Source: a candidate division FCPU426 bacterium
GTDB taxonomy: Bacteria; Oederibacteriota; Muellerivitia; Muellerivitales; Muellerivitaceae
Direction of reading: 5' to 3'
Length of the DNA: 64,000 nucleotides
NCBI GenBank assembly: GCA_963771075.1
Contig: CAVYSE010000005.1
Coordinates: 88,859-152,858, forward strand
Under the pieces are notes generated by a model. The model was not told where the DNA came from, searched no databases, and saw only the letters and a list, made by a program, of their open reading frames with translations. Positions 41,229 to 51,611 of the stretch are shown piece by piece. Both the position numbers and the translations under genes were made by a program. The stretch's first letter is position 1, and each line of letters begins with the position of its first letter.

Positions 41229-42263
41229 ATGGTTGACCTCAGCACGACGTACATGGGATTGAAACTCAAAAACCCTTTGGTGCCCTCGTCCAGCCCGGTC
41301 TCGAAAGACCTGGACTCGATCAAGAAGGTCGAGGACGCGGGGGCCGGAGCCCTTGTGCTTTATTCGCTCTTTGAGGAGCAGATTTTCGTCGAGCAATACG
41401 GTTTGCAGAACGACTTGAACCGGGGAGTGGATAGTTTCCCGGAGGCCTTGAGCTATTTTCCAGAGCCTGAGACGCTGGACTTGGCAAGCGAGAAATACTA
41501 CCAGCTAATCCAAAAGGCCAAACGTTCCACCGAAATACCCATCATCGCCAGTTTGAACGGGACGACCCTGGGCGGGTGGACCGATTGCGCCAAGAATATG
41601 GAACAGGCGGGGGCGGACGGCCTGGAACTGAACCTTTACAACATCCCGACCGATTTCAACACACCCGGGGCGGTTTTCGAGGAACGCAATTACGAGATAT
41701 TCCGCATGGTCAAGAGCGCCGTGCGTATTCCCGTGGCCGTCAAGCTGTCGGCTTTTCACACGAACATGGCCTACACAGCCCGGAAATTTTCCGAGGCGGG
41801 CGCTGACGGTCTGGTAGTGTTTAACCGGTTCTACCAGCCTGATTTCGACATCGAGAATAAATTGGTGTCTCCCACGGCCGTCTTGTCCGGTCCGCAGGAC
41901 CTGCGGCTTTGCCTGACCTGGATCGCGATCCTCCGGGGGAAGCTCAAGGTCAATCTTGCGGCGACCGGGGGGGTTCAGCACGCCGTGGATGTGCTCAAGG
42001 TGACCATGGCGGGAGCCGATATTGCCCAGCTTTGCAGTACGCTTCTTCGAAATGGGGTGCCCTATATCCAGACGTTGCTTGAAAATATCGTGAAGTGGAT
42101 GGAAGAGAACGAATACCAGTCGCTCCAAGAAATGAAGGGGTGCATGAGCCAGGAACATTGCGAGGACCCCTCGGCCTTTGAAAGAGCCCATTATTTACGT
42201 ACGTTAGCGGGTTATAAGAGCGGGGCAGATGGATTTCAAGGCAACGAGCGGAAGGATCCCTGA
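41229..42263 (+). CDS. Dihydroorotate dehydrogenase-like protein (PFOR-associated)
   Basis: DLSTTYMGLKLKNPLV, SLFEEQI, FNRFYQPD, AFERAHY. Confidence 0.92.
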   Translation: MVDLSTTYMGLKLKNPLVPSSSPVSKDLDSIKKVEDAGAGALVLYSLFEEQIFVEQYGLQNDLNRGVDSFPEALSYFPEPETLDLASEKYYQLIQKAKRSTEIPIIASLNGTTLGGWTDCAKNMEQAGADGLELNLYNIPTDFNTPGAVFEERNYEIFRMVKSAVRIPVAVKLSAFHTNMAYTARKFSEAGADGLVVFNRFYQPDFDIENKLVSPTAVLSGPQDLRLCLTWIAILRGKLKVNLAATGGVQHAVDVLKVTMAGADIAQLCSTLLRNGVPYIQTLLENIVKWMEENEYQSLQEMKGCMSQEHCEDPSAFERAHYLRTLAGYKSGADGFQGNERKDP

Positions 42264-43041
42264 GTTCAGGTCCTGTTTTCAAGGGAGGGGATCGAATCGG
42301 ACCGCCCCTCTTTTTGGGGGAGGCGTCCCATCCTAATCATTTGCTCCTATTGCCGGGAATTGATGGGTGAAAAGGAACCTTTCGGCGATTCGGGTTTGAC
42401 CCACGGTATATGCCCTTCCTGTTATGACCACTTTTCCCGCCAATGGGAAGGTTATCAACTATCCGATTTCCTGGATCAATTTGACCAGCCCATCCTCATT
42501 TTTAGCGGTGACACGAGGTTAATCGCCTTCAATCAAAGTTACGCCCAGGCCTATCTGGAGGATGGGGAGAAACCCCGGGGTCTTTTGGGGGGAGAGTTCA
42601 TGGAATGCGCCCGGGCCCGCCTGCCGGAGGGATGTGGCAAAACCGTCCATTGCCGTTCCTGCGCCATCCGCAACACCATCAACGCCACCTTCCGGACGGG
42701 CCAGTCCCAGAAGGATGTACCCGCCTTCCTGAACACCGACGTGAACGGCAAACCCGCAGTCAAGAAACTCCGGCTGTCCTCCGAAATTCAAGGACTCATG
42801 GACGCTATGCCGATATCGGCATAGTGTTCAAAATGCCGAATCCCGGATTATGCCGAATCAGTTCCGTTCCGCCTGTTTTCCCGTAAGAAAAGGTGATTTC
42901 ATTCGGCATAAAACTCAGAAGTTGAGCGGTGTTTGAGGTAGGCACATGGCACTCGGAACCGGGTTAACTTTCGTCGGACCGTCTGTCAGGCCGTGTTATT
43001 TTTTCTCCTTTGTCGGAAATCTGGTCAAAAGGAGCAATGAA

Positions 43042-44295
43042 ATGAGAACGGCACTAGCAGATAGGATTTGCGAGAAGGTTGGGATGATCGACGGTCCACT
43101 TGGTAAGTACGCAAGACAATTCCAAAGCTTCCTGGAAAGTCAGCGCTACAGTCAGGCGAGAATCTATCAATATATCCGCTGCATCGCGGCTCTAAATCAG
43201 TTCATGAGAAGATCCAGAGTCGAAGTGAAAAACCTTGATGAGGATCGAGTTGTCGACCTTTTCACGAACTTGGATTTACCACCATCCTATAAGAAAAAGG
43301 GGACCGACTTCATGGTCAGGAATTTCATCAAATTCCTGGTGGAGTTGGGAGTGACGAAACCGGTCTTGCCACCGGTGATTGCCGATACTCCCCGTATGCG
43401 CCTCAGGAAGGATTACGAGGAGCATCTTCGCCGCCAACGAGGACTTACTGAGAAATCAATCATCCATTACTGGTACTTCGTTGATCGTTTCCTCAAGTTT
43501 CTTTTTCCAGATGGAAAGGATGATCTTCTCGGGATTTCACCCCAAGGCATCGTAAGGTTTATTCAGTTCCAGTTATCGCGCCGAAAACTGTTTCGCGACA
43601 AAACCCAGTCAACGAAACTGAGAAACTTTCTGCTGTTTCTCTTCAAAAGCGGGAGAACGGCCACCAATCTTGCGCCGTGTGTCCCCCGAATTGCTCAACC
43701 GCACCAGCCTGCGCTTCCGCGACATGTCACGCCTGAGCAAGTGGAAACTCTGCTTGCTGCCGTCAAAAAGGACACACCTATCGGGCGGCGCAATTACGCC
43801 ATAGTGCTTCTTCTGGCACGGTTAGGATTGCGTCCCACGGAAGTAATAGCGATTCAAATTGACGATATCAATTGGCGCAAGGGCGAGATTCTCATTCGCG
43901 GAAAAGGACAACTGCACGATCGCATGCCTCTTCCCAAGGACGTGGGCGAAGTCCTAGCCAAATATATTCGGCGGGATCGCAAGACGGCTTCTCGATCATT
44001 GTTCGTTACAGAGCGTGCACCACGTATACCGTTCCACGACGCGACGATACTTAACTCGATTTTGAAGGACGCCTTTGAGAAGACCGGCCTGAGGCCGCCA
44101 ACCCGATATGTGGGGGCCCATATTTTGCGGCATAGTTTGGCCATGAAGCTGATGGGCCGTGGAGCATCGCTTCCCGAAGTGGGCGACATACTACGCCACC
44201 GATCCAGACAAACGACCATGATTTACGCCAAGATCGACATTGAAGGCCTGCGCTCGGTCGCCCAACCCTGGCCAACTGAGGGAGGTGCAAAATGA
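43042..44295 (+). CDS. Tyrosine recombinase (RitA-like)
   Basis: RLGLR..E, HILRHS, LRHRS..T..Y. Confidence 0.93.
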   Translation: MRTALADRICEKVGMIDGPLGKYARQFQSFLESQRYSQARIYQYIRCIAALNQFMRRSRVEVKNLDEDRVVDLFTNLDLPPSYKKKGTDFMVRNFIKFLVELGVTKPVLPPVIADTPRMRLRKDYEEHLRRQRGLTEKSIIHYWYFVDRFLKFLFPDGKDDLLGISPQGIVRFIQFQLSRRKLFRDKTQSTKLRNFLLFLFKSGRTATNLAPCVPRIAQPHQPALPRHVTPEQVETLLAAVKKDTPIGRRNYAIVLLLARLGLRPTEVIAIQIDDINWRKGEILIRGKGQLHDRMPLPKDVGEVLAKYIRRDRKTASRSLFVTERAPRIPFHDATILNSILKDAFEKTGLRPPTRYVGAHILRHSLAMKLMGRGASLPEVGDILRHRSRQTTMIYAKIDIEGLRSVAQPWPTEGGAK

Positions 44296-45239
44296 GCAAC
44301 CTATCCCAAGAACTCGACCGTTATTTGACGATCCGCCGCGGCCTGGGCTTCGACCTCAGTACCTCGGCCAGGGTGCTTCGAAGATTTATTGCCTTCGCAG
44401 AACAACAAAGTGTTGACCACATATCTACCGATTTGTTCCTGAAATGGCAAAAGGATTTTGGCAAGGCGCGCCGCCCGACTTGGGCCGCTCGCCTAACGAT
44501 AATCCGGCTTTTTGCTCAATGGCTTCATGGCCTCGACCCGGCGCATGAAGTGCCGCCGAAAGGGCTTATTCCCTATCGGTTTCGCCGTCCAAAACCCCAC
44601 ATCTACAGTGATGAGGAAGTCAGGAAGATTATTGAAACTGCGGCAGAGCTTCCCTCGATGAGTGGAATTCGTGCGTTGACCTTTTCAACCATGTTCGGAT
44701 TGATCGCTGTCACCGGTCTCAGGATCAGTGAGGCGCTTGGCCTGGACAATGATGACGTTGATTTGGATATCGGCGTATTGACGATTCGACGAGGTAAAGC
44801 AGGAAAGGCGCGGTTGGCACCTATCTCAGACAGCGTCTCCAGACGGCTGAAAGCCTACGCTATCAAACGCGACCAGCTTGTAGGCTTCGTGCCTCAATCG
44901 TTCTTTGCCACGGAAGAAGGAGCCCGTCCAGATGATTGTAGCGCACGCTACAACTTCGCGATGGTCTGCCAGCAAATCGGACTTCGGTCCCCACAACGAT
45001 TCTCGAAGCATGGGCGGGGTCCGCGCATCCACGATCTCCGACACACCTTCGCCGCACGCACGATGGTCGGGTGGTATCGAGCGGGTAAAGACCCTGCACG
45101 AGAGATGATTAAGTTAACGACCTATCTCGGTCACAAAAGTCCGGAGCACACCTACTGGTATATCGAGGCGGTCCCCGAATTGCTGGAACTCGCCTCTCGG
45201 CGGGTAACCGGTAACTTGGCTGGGGAGGTGCGGCAATGA
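44292..45239 (+). CDS. Tyrosine recombinase (RitB-like)
   Basis: TGLRISE, HDLRHTFA, YLGH..TYWY. Confidence 0.94.
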   Translation: MSNLSQELDRYLTIRRGLGFDLSTSARVLRRFIAFAEQQSVDHISTDLFLKWQKDFGKARRPTWAARLTIIRLFAQWLHGLDPAHEVPPKGLIPYRFRRPKPHIYSDEEVRKIIETAAELPSMSGIRALTFSTMFGLIAVTGLRISEALGLDNDDVDLDIGVLTIRRGKAGKARLAPISDSVSRRLKAYAIKRDQLVGFVPQSFFATEEGARPDDCSARYNFAMVCQQIGLRSPQRFSKHGRGPRIHDLRHTFAARTMVGWYRAGKDPAREMIKLTTYLGHKSPEHTYWYIEAVPELLELASRRVTGNLAGEVRQ

Positions 45240-46231
45240 ACCCCTCAACCTTCCCTGAACTTCTCCAGCACTTTTTTACCGAGCGTTTGCGCAACCAGAT
45301 GGAGGCAAGCCCAAATACGATTGCCGGATATCGCGATACCTTTCGCTTGTTCCTGCGTTTCGCCGGTGAAAAACGCGGCAAGGGCCCAACGAAACTTCGG
45401 ATTGAAGATTTAGATGTCGAACTGGTGGGCGACTTTCTCCACCATGTCGAAACCGCTCGGAAGAATACCGCGCGCAGTAGGAATATCCGTTTGACCGCTA
45501 TCCGATCTTTCTTTCGTTACGTGGCAATGAGCGAGCCCGCCTATATGCTCCATTGCCAAAAAATACTGGCCATGCCAAGTAAACGCTATGTCCGTCGAAC
45601 TGTGGATTTCCTGGATCGGTCGGAGATTGAAGCGCTTCTCAAAGCGCCGGACCGGGCAACCTGGGTTGGTCGTCGTGATCAGTTGATTTTGCTAGTTGCG
45701 CTGCAAACAGGATTGCGTTCATCCGAATTGATCAATTTGCGCCCCCAGGATGTCGTTCTTGGTGCGGGCGCTCATATCCGGTGTGAAGGAAAAGGGCGTA
45801 AACAGCGGTGCACCCCACTTCGAAAAGAAACCGTAAAGCTACTCGAAGCATGGGTGAAAGAACATCAAGCCGCTAAAAACGGTCCTCTTTTCCCCACGAT
45901 ACGGGGAGACCGGATGAGTCGGGACGCATTTGAGTGTATCGTCCGAAAACACACATTATCGGCGTCAGCGACATGTAGTTCGCTGGTTGGAAAACGGGTC
46001 AGCCCGCATGTCCTCCGGCACAGCACGGCCATGGAACTGTTGCAACACGGGGTTGACCAATCGGTGATCGCCCTTTGGCTCGGGCATGAGTCCATCGAAA
46101 CCACGCAGGTCTACATGCATGCGGATCTTCGGATCAAGGAGAAAGCCTTGTCCAGTGTGGCTACAAGCACATGTAAGCCGGGGCGGTATCGTCCCGACGA
46201 CAAGTTGCTCGCGTTTCTGGAGGCGCTTTGA
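45236..46231 (+). CDS. Tyrosine recombinase (RitC-like)
   Basis: TGLRSSE, PHVLRHS, WLGHES..T..Y. Confidence 0.94.
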   Translation: MNPSTFPELLQHFFTERLRNQMEASPNTIAGYRDTFRLFLRFAGEKRGKGPTKLRIEDLDVELVGDFLHHVETARKNTARSRNIRLTAIRSFFRYVAMSEPAYMLHCQKILAMPSKRYVRRTVDFLDRSEIEALLKAPDRATWVGRRDQLILLVALQTGLRSSELINLRPQDVVLGAGAHIRCEGKGRKQRCTPLRKETVKLLEAWVKEHQAAKNGPLFPTIRGDRMSRDAFECIVRKHTLSASATCSSLVGKRVSPHVLRHSTAMELLQHGVDQSVIALWLGHESIETTQVYMHADLRIKEKALSSVATSTCKPGRYRPDDKLLAFLEAL

Positions 46232-46462
46232 TTATGCCGAATCGACGATTGGGCCGGAGTAGTCAGTTCAACAGGTTCTCCGGTCCATTCGGCATAATCC
46301 GGGATTCGGCATTTTGGTTAAACTCATGATCGAGGACATGGGGGCAGACACAGCGGGAAGTCCAACCCTGGGTTCTTCCGCTTCAATATCCTGAAATTTT
46401 ATTCAGGGCCCGCTAGCATTTTTTTGCACCTGCCCCCTAGCATGGAATTTCGGGAGGCCGCC

Positions 46463-46939
46463 ATGAACCTTTATGAATTCTCCGCCCAAACGATTGATGG
46501 GAAGGAAAAATTTTTAGCCGATTACAGGGGTAAGATCCTGCTGATCGTCAATGTAGCCAGCCATTGCGGTTTTACACCCCAATACCAGGGTCTTCAAAAA
46601 CTTTATGAAAAATACCAATCCCGGGGTTTGGAAATATTGGGATTTCCCTGCAACCAATTCGGAGCCCAGGAACCCGGCGCGGAGTCGGAAATCAAATCCT
46701 TTTGTGAGCTGAATTTTGGAGTGACTTTCCAGCTTTTCGCCAAGATCGACGTGAACGGGGAAAAGGCCCATCCCCTTTACCGATTCCTAACCCGGGATCT
46801 TCCGGGCCTATTGGGCACCGAGGCGATCAAGTGGAATTTCACGAAATTCCTGGCTGATCGGGAAGGAAACCCGGTTAAACGATACGGATCCATGGACAAG
46901 CCGGAGAGCCTGGAAAAGGACATTGAGGGGCTCTTATAA
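46463..46939 (+). CDS. Glutathione peroxidase (Cys-type)
   Basis: NVASHCG, GFPCNQFG, KWNFTKFL. Confidence 0.96.
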   Translation: MNLYEFSAQTIDGKEKFLADYRGKILLIVNVASHCGFTPQYQGLQKLYEKYQSRGLEILGFPCNQFGAQEPGAESEIKSFCELNFGVTFQLFAKIDVNGEKAHPLYRFLTRDLPGLLGTEAIKWNFTKFLADREGNPVKRYGSMDKPESLEKDIEGLL

Positions 46940-47028
46940 CCCCTCATCGGGATGGGGTATAATGGATATATTATGGAAGGTCGTTGAGTGAAATGACGTC
47001 CCAGCGTCGCGTCTTAAGGGAGCCTGCC

Positions 47029-47538
47029 ATGAAAGTTATTTGTTCCTACTGCAGGGTCCCGATTGGGGAAAAAGAACCCCTGGACGACACGACCACCACC
47101 CACAGCATTTGCAAAGAGTGTTTCGAATATTTTTCCCGCCAATGGGTTGGGTTTCATCTATCCGACTACCTGGATACTTTCGAGGAGCCCATGGCCTTTT
47201 TCAATCCCAACACCCGGGTGGTTGCCTATAACAATGGGTACGCCCAAGCTTTCTTGACCGGGGACGAAAAAACCATCGGTGTGCTTTGCGGCGAGTTTTT
47301 GAATTGCTCCAACTCCAAATTGGCGGAAGGCTGCGGAAGAACGGAATTTTGTCCTGCCTGCGGTTTCCGAAACGCGATCTTGAAAACACTGCGAACCGGT
47401 CTTCCCCAGGAAAAAGTTCCTGCCACCCTGAAAACCATTGAAATGGGGAAATCGGTGGAGAAACATTTCGAAATATCCACTGAACGGCATGGGCCCGTGG
47501 TACGCATGAAGTTTGAAAAACTTATTATGGAAAACTAA
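47029..47538 (+). CDS. Cys-rich hypothetical protein with PAS-like region
   Basis: CSYC..HSICKEC; GEFLNC..GCG.T..C..C. Confidence 0.75.
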   Translation: MKVICSYCRVPIGEKEPLDDTTTTHSICKECFEYFSRQWVGFHLSDYLDTFEEPMAFFNPNTRVVAYNNGYAQAFLTGDEKTIGVLCGEFLNCSNSKLAEGCGRTEFCPACGFRNAILKTLRTGLPQEKVPATLKTIEMGKSVEKHFEISTERHGPVVRMKFEKLIMEN

Positions 47539-47559
47539 GGCCCTTTTCCCGGTTGGCCC

Positions 47560-47955
47560 CTATCCCGCCATGAATTTCAGCCAAATTTCCCGGGTTCGTG
47601 GGCCGTCAAACTCACAAAAATAGATACCCTGCCATGTTCCCAGCTGAACCTTCCCGTTTTCAACGATAAAAACCTGGGATGAGCCTGTTAAGACCGCTTT
47701 GATATGGGCGTCCGCATTATTTTCGGCGTGGTGGAACTCGGGAGATGGGGGGATACTTTTCCTCAAATGGAAGAGAAGGTCCCTTTTCACGTCGGGATCT
47801 GCGTTTTCGTTTACGGAGATCGCGGCCGTAGTATGGGGACAATAAACCGTAAGGATCCCAGAACCTGATTTTTGAGCGGTAACGAACCGTTCCACTTGCC
47901 CTGTGATGTCTAAAATTTGTTCTCGTTGATGGGTATCCAGTTTTATTCTTTCCAT
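47560..47955 (-). CDS. yjbQ: YjbQ/UPF0047 family protein
   Basis: HTTAA..NENADPDV, LGTWQGIYFCEFDGPR. Confidence 0.93.
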   Translation of the reverse strand: MERIKLDTHQREQILDITGQVERFVTAQKSGSGILTVYCPHTTAAISVNENADPDVKRDLLFHLRKSIPPSPEFHHAENNADAHIKAVLTGSSQVFIVENGKVQLGTWQGIYFCEFDGPRTREIWLKFMAG

Positions 47956-48099
47956 GGGGGTATTATAAACCCCGGCCTACCCTCCGAATCTGTCCTACCG
48001 ACGCAAGACAGAAGGAGGGGGGGAAGAGTAAACCCTGATTGATAGGCTTTGGGTTATGGACGATGATGGGAGCCGATTTTGTCATTTTAGGAGGTTTTC

Positions 48100-48339
48100 A
48101 TGGGTTTGATCATGGCTGTAGTCGTTGGGATTTTCTCCGGATGGTTGGCCGGAAAGATATGGAAAGGAAAGGGGTTTGGCCTGATCGGCGACCTGGTTGT
48201 GGGAATTCTAGGCGGCATGTTAGGTAATTTTCTTTTCAGCTTGGTTGGTTTGGCCGCCGTTGGTCTGATTGGGAATATCATCTCAGCGGTCGTGGGGGCT
48301 TTGGTTCTCTTGTGGATTCTGCGCCAGATCAAGAAGTGA
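48100..48339 (+). CDS. GlsB/YeaQ/YmgE transglycosylase-associated membrane protein
   Basis: GWLAG..GFGLIGDLVVGILG..VGALVLL. Confidence 0.9.
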   Translation: MGLIMAVVVGIFSGWLAGKIWKGKGFGLIGDLVVGILGGMLGNFLFSLVGLAAVGLIGNIISAVVGALVLLWILRQIKK

Positions 48340-48639
48340 GTTTTAGGAACTGGTATTAAAAGGTAAGCAACTTAGAGGTTGGTCAACAAGATGTGTTTTA
48401 AGCGATATGGTTTAGCTGGATAGGGGTGGGACAGAGAATGTTACCCCCTATATGGGGGTTATTCGGACCCAGTGAGCTTGTCACTTGCCATATAGGGTAG
48501 TGTGAGAGCATCATGTCTTTCCCAGACAGTGGATTCTTGTTCGGTTGGGCTATCGGGATAGGTTGTCAGGCTGATGGTTCCTTCGAGGTGAAGTTTCCTA
48601 CCGGTTTTCCCGCCTGTCTGGTGTTACGAGGAGTCTTTC

Positions 48640-48912
48640 ATGAAAACCTTCAAATTTGCGGAGAGTATTTTTTGCGAGTCTTGCCGTGGCCACGTAAAGA
48701 TGGTGGATTGTCGCGTGGCGCCCAAAAAAGCCAAAACCAAACCCCAGGTCGAAATTGATTTTGCTTGTGTCGAGTGCGGCCAGAGGGGAACCGCCCAACG
48801 GGATGCCGAATTTCTCCATTACAGCGAGAGGGAATTTTGCCTATCGAAAGGGCTTACCATCCTCAAGCCCAAGGCCAAGGGTGTGGGCGTACTTTTTACG
48901 GTCTCCCGCTAA
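48640..48912 (+). CDS. Small zinc-ribbon-like protein
   Basis: GAGGAG RBS; CESC..CVEC. Confidence 0.6.
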   Translation: MKTFKFAESIFCESCRGHVKMVDCRVAPKKAKTKPQVEIDFACVECGQRGTAQRDAEFLHYSEREFCLSKGLTILKPKAKGVGVLFTVSR

Positions 48913-49013
48913 GCCCCTTTTTTCAAAGTTTCCCATTGATCTTGCATGAGGCTTGTCATAACTCCGCGACCCGGAACCCCTTAAGATAAAAAAGCCGTAA
49001 TTTTCTGCAAAGG

Positions 49014-49772
49014 GTGTCCATGAACTGTTACGGGGACTCTTTCGCTTGCTTCTACGACCGATACTTTAATGGCTATTCGGAACATTCCGCCCCTTACCTC
49101 CTGCATTTCGCCTCCACACTTTCAATCGATCAAAAACTTCCCAAGGTCCTGGACTTGGGTTGTGGAACCGGGCACCTGGCCCGCCGGTTCCTGGAAGCGG
49201 GTTATGAGGTGACCGGGTTGGATTTGTCCCCCGCCATGCTGGCACTGGCCAAAACCAAGTGTCTGGCCTTTCTATACAATGGGCAAGCCTCGTTTGTGAA
49301 CGCCGATTTGTCTCGCGTGGACCAGTTGGGCCCCTTCGGCCTAGTCCTTTCCACCTATAACGTTTTCAATCATCTGACCGATGCCCAATTGGCCGAGGCT
49401 TTCCGCCGTTTGGGCGCCTGCCTGATCCCCTCGGGAGTGATGCTTTTTGACTATCAGACCCGTCTGGGCCTGAGGGAATGGGTCGCTCAGGAGCAGATTC
49501 CCCTGGGACAAGGCATCCTTGAAACGGAAGGCCGTTTTGACCCGGCCACCGGAAGCGCCTGGATGAGGCTGAGGGGAGCAATGGACGGGCAAAACTTCGA
49601 TGAGACAATTTATAACTACTCCCTGCGCTTGAAAAAAGTGCGTGGACTCCTTGAAAAGGAAGGTTGGGAACTTATCCGTATGGCCCGTTTAGACCGGCTT
49701 GAAGAGGCGCTGGCAAGCCCGGAAAAACAAAAAAGAGTGGTGTTCCTGGCCCGTTGGTTGAATCAAGCCTGA
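49014..49772 (+). CDS. Class I SAM-dependent methyltransferase
   Basis: VLDLGCGTG, GLDLSPAML. Confidence 0.92.
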   Translation: MSMNCYGDSFACFYDRYFNGYSEHSAPYLLHFASTLSIDQKLPKVLDLGCGTGHLARRFLEAGYEVTGLDLSPAMLALAKTKCLAFLYNGQASFVNADLSRVDQLGPFGLVLSTYNVFNHLTDAQLAEAFRRLGACLIPSGVMLFDYQTRLGLREWVAQEQIPLGQGILETEGRFDPATGSAWMRLRGAMDGQNFDETIYNYSLRLKKVRGLLEKEGWELIRMARLDRLEEALASPEKQKRVVFLARWLNQA

Positions 49773-49814
49773 TAGAATGGGTGGGGCGGATATCCAGAAG
49801 GGGAAGGGAAAGCC

Positions 49815-50249
49815 ATGAAAAAAGGTTGGATCGAGACCCCCAGTCATCCGAAGGACCCACTCTTGACCGATTACCGTGCTGTGGCGGTCGCGGACGCCGC
49901 CCTTCTCTTGAAAGAACCGCAATATTCCAAGACCGCATTTCATGGGGGCGACCTGGCCCGGACCCTGGCCCATCTTTTGAGGAGCCAACCCGAGGATTTA
50001 ACCGAAGGGAGGCTTCGTTATTGCAGCCAGGAACCCTTAAAAGATGGAATGTTTTTGGAAGTTTCCATGTTTCTTCCCGATTTTCACTGCAAGTTGAAAT
50101 TCCTGATCCAAACGAAGGCTGTGGATTTCAAGGCCGAAATGAAGGAAATGGTCTTTAGCGTGGGGATGATCATCCTCGCCGTCCACCGCGGGGATTTGGA
50201 ATTTCTCAACCAAGTGATCGTCAGCCGCAAGCAAAAAGGCGGGGTGTGA
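49815..50249 (+). CDS. Hypothetical protein, weakly PilZ-like
   Basis: DLTEGRLRY resembles DxSxxG; operon position. Confidence 0.55.
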   Translation: MKKGWIETPSHPKDPLLTDYRAVAVADAALLLKEPQYSKTAFHGGDLARTLAHLLRSQPEDLTEGRLRYCSQEPLKDGMFLEVSMFLPDFHCKLKFLIQTKAVDFKAEMKEMVFSVGMIILAVHRGDLEFLNQVIVSRKQKGGV

Positions 50250-50300
50250 GCCATTGCTTTTGAAGGCGTTGAATCCTAGGGTGAACATCAGGAGGATTCC

Positions 50301-50945
50301 ATGCCCCAAACGATTGACATTTATTCCGATGTGATCTGTCCCTGGTGCTACTTGGGGAAAAAAAGATTTGAATCCGCCCTGGCCCAATGGGGCAAAGCGG
50401 AATCGGTCGAGATCCGCTATCGCCCCTACGAACTCAATCCGGACACGCCCGAGGAGGGTATCGACCACCACTTATACCTGACATCCAAAATGGGGGGCGA
50501 ACAGGCGCTCGAAGCGGCCCATAGGCGTCTAGCCGCGCTGGGCAGGGAAGTCGGCATCGATTACAAGTTTGAGCTCATCGACAAGATCCCCAATACCTTT
50601 CTGGCCCATCGGGTTCTCTGGCTTGCCGACCAGGAAGGCGTGGGGAAGGAAGCGCAGGACCTATTCTTCGACGGTTATTTCACCGGCGGAAAAGACCTGA
50701 CTCAAAAGGACACCTTGATCGAGTTGGCGGTTTCCGCCGGGATGGACCGGAATAAAGTCGATGGGCTTTTAAGCTCGGCGGAAGGTGCGATGGAAGTCCG
50801 CAACGCCGAGGAGAAGGCCTACGACTTGGGGATCACCGGCGTACCTTTTTTTGTTTTTAACAACCAGTTCGCGGTTTCAGGCGCCCAAACGACCGAAACC
50901 TTCCTGCAAGCCCTGAACCGAATGGCTCAAGCCCAACCGCTGTGA
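50301..50945 (+). CDS. DsbA/FrnE-family oxidoreductase
   Basis: SDVICPWCYLG, GITGVPFF, SGAQ. Confidence 0.94.
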   Translation: MPQTIDIYSDVICPWCYLGKKRFESALAQWGKAESVEIRYRPYELNPDTPEEGIDHHLYLTSKMGGEQALEAAHRRLAALGREVGIDYKFELIDKIPNTFLAHRVLWLADQEGVGKEAQDLFFDGYFTGGKDLTQKDTLIELAVSAGMDRNKVDGLLSSAEGAMEVRNAEEKAYDLGITGVPFFVFNNQFAVSGAQTTETFLQALNRMAQAQPL

Positions 50946-51538
50946 ATCCGGGGGCCCGCCGGTTGGGCTTCGATGATTCTCGATTCTTCCTCCGCCAGAG
51001 CGCGCCACCGCGGTTCCAGCTTTTCCGTGGGCAATAGTTTCTTGGCCATTTCAATAAAGATCCGATAATGGCCTTTTTCGCTTTTCACCAGCGATCCGAA
51101 AAAACGGGAAAGTTCGGCGTCTTTCGATCCTTCGGCCAGGCGTTCAAACCTTTCGCAGGAACGGGCTTCGATCAGGGCCGAAACCAGCAGGCGGTCCACA
51201 AGTTCCTCGGGGCCCTTCCCCTTTCGTACCAGGCGGCCCAGGGCGAATGCATAGGGGTTGCGGTGGGTTTTCGGCAGGGTCCCTCCCCGTTTATCCAGTA
51301 AACGTAACACCAGGCTTAAATGCTGGGTCTCGTCCTTGGCGATGGAGGCCACCGAGGATAGCCAAGCCTCGGGGGCTTCCTGGGAAGGCCATAGGTTCAA
51401 AAACTCCAGGGCGTTGTTGGCCGCCTTTTTTTCCAGGTAAGCCTGGTCGGCCAAGAGGGCGTTTGGGTCATTCAGGGCCAGGAGGGCCCAGGGGGCGGGG
51501 GTTGGGTCTCTTAAGGAAAAAGGGGAGGAGCCGGACAT
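50927..51538 (-). CDS. miaE: tRNA-(ms2io6A) hydroxylase-like diiron protein
   Basis: EKKAA, DETQH, LIEARSCERF, SEKGH, PRIH. Confidence 0.88.
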   Translation of the reverse strand: MSGSSPFSLRDPTPAPWALLALNDPNALLADQAYLEKKAANNALEFLNLWPSQEAPEAWLSSVASIAKDETQHLSLVLRLLDKRGGTLPKTHRNPYAFALGRLVRKGKGPEELVDRLLVSALIEARSCERFERLAEGSKDAELSRFFGSLVKSEKGHYRIFIEMAKKLLPTEKLEPRWRALAEEESRIIEAQPAGPRIHSGWA

Positions 51539-51611
51539 ACCAGGCCTTTAGAAATAATTTATTCCACCGCGATAGTCGGGTGGTGACCCTCATCGTATAA
51601 AATACCCCGCC

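Larger units (their letters stand above)
42806..46316 (+). mobile_element. RIT element (recombinases in trio)
   Basis: Three overlapping tyrosine recombinase genes; perfect 30-bp IRs at 42829-42858 and 46287-46316; extra TATGCCGA sites. Confidence 0.93.
42330..46394 (+). pseudogene. Cys-rich PAS-like protein gene split near its 3' end by the RIT element
   Basis: Paralog of 47029-47538; N part ends ..SSEIQG at ~42793; LVKLMIED.. resumes at ~46314. Confidence 0.7.
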
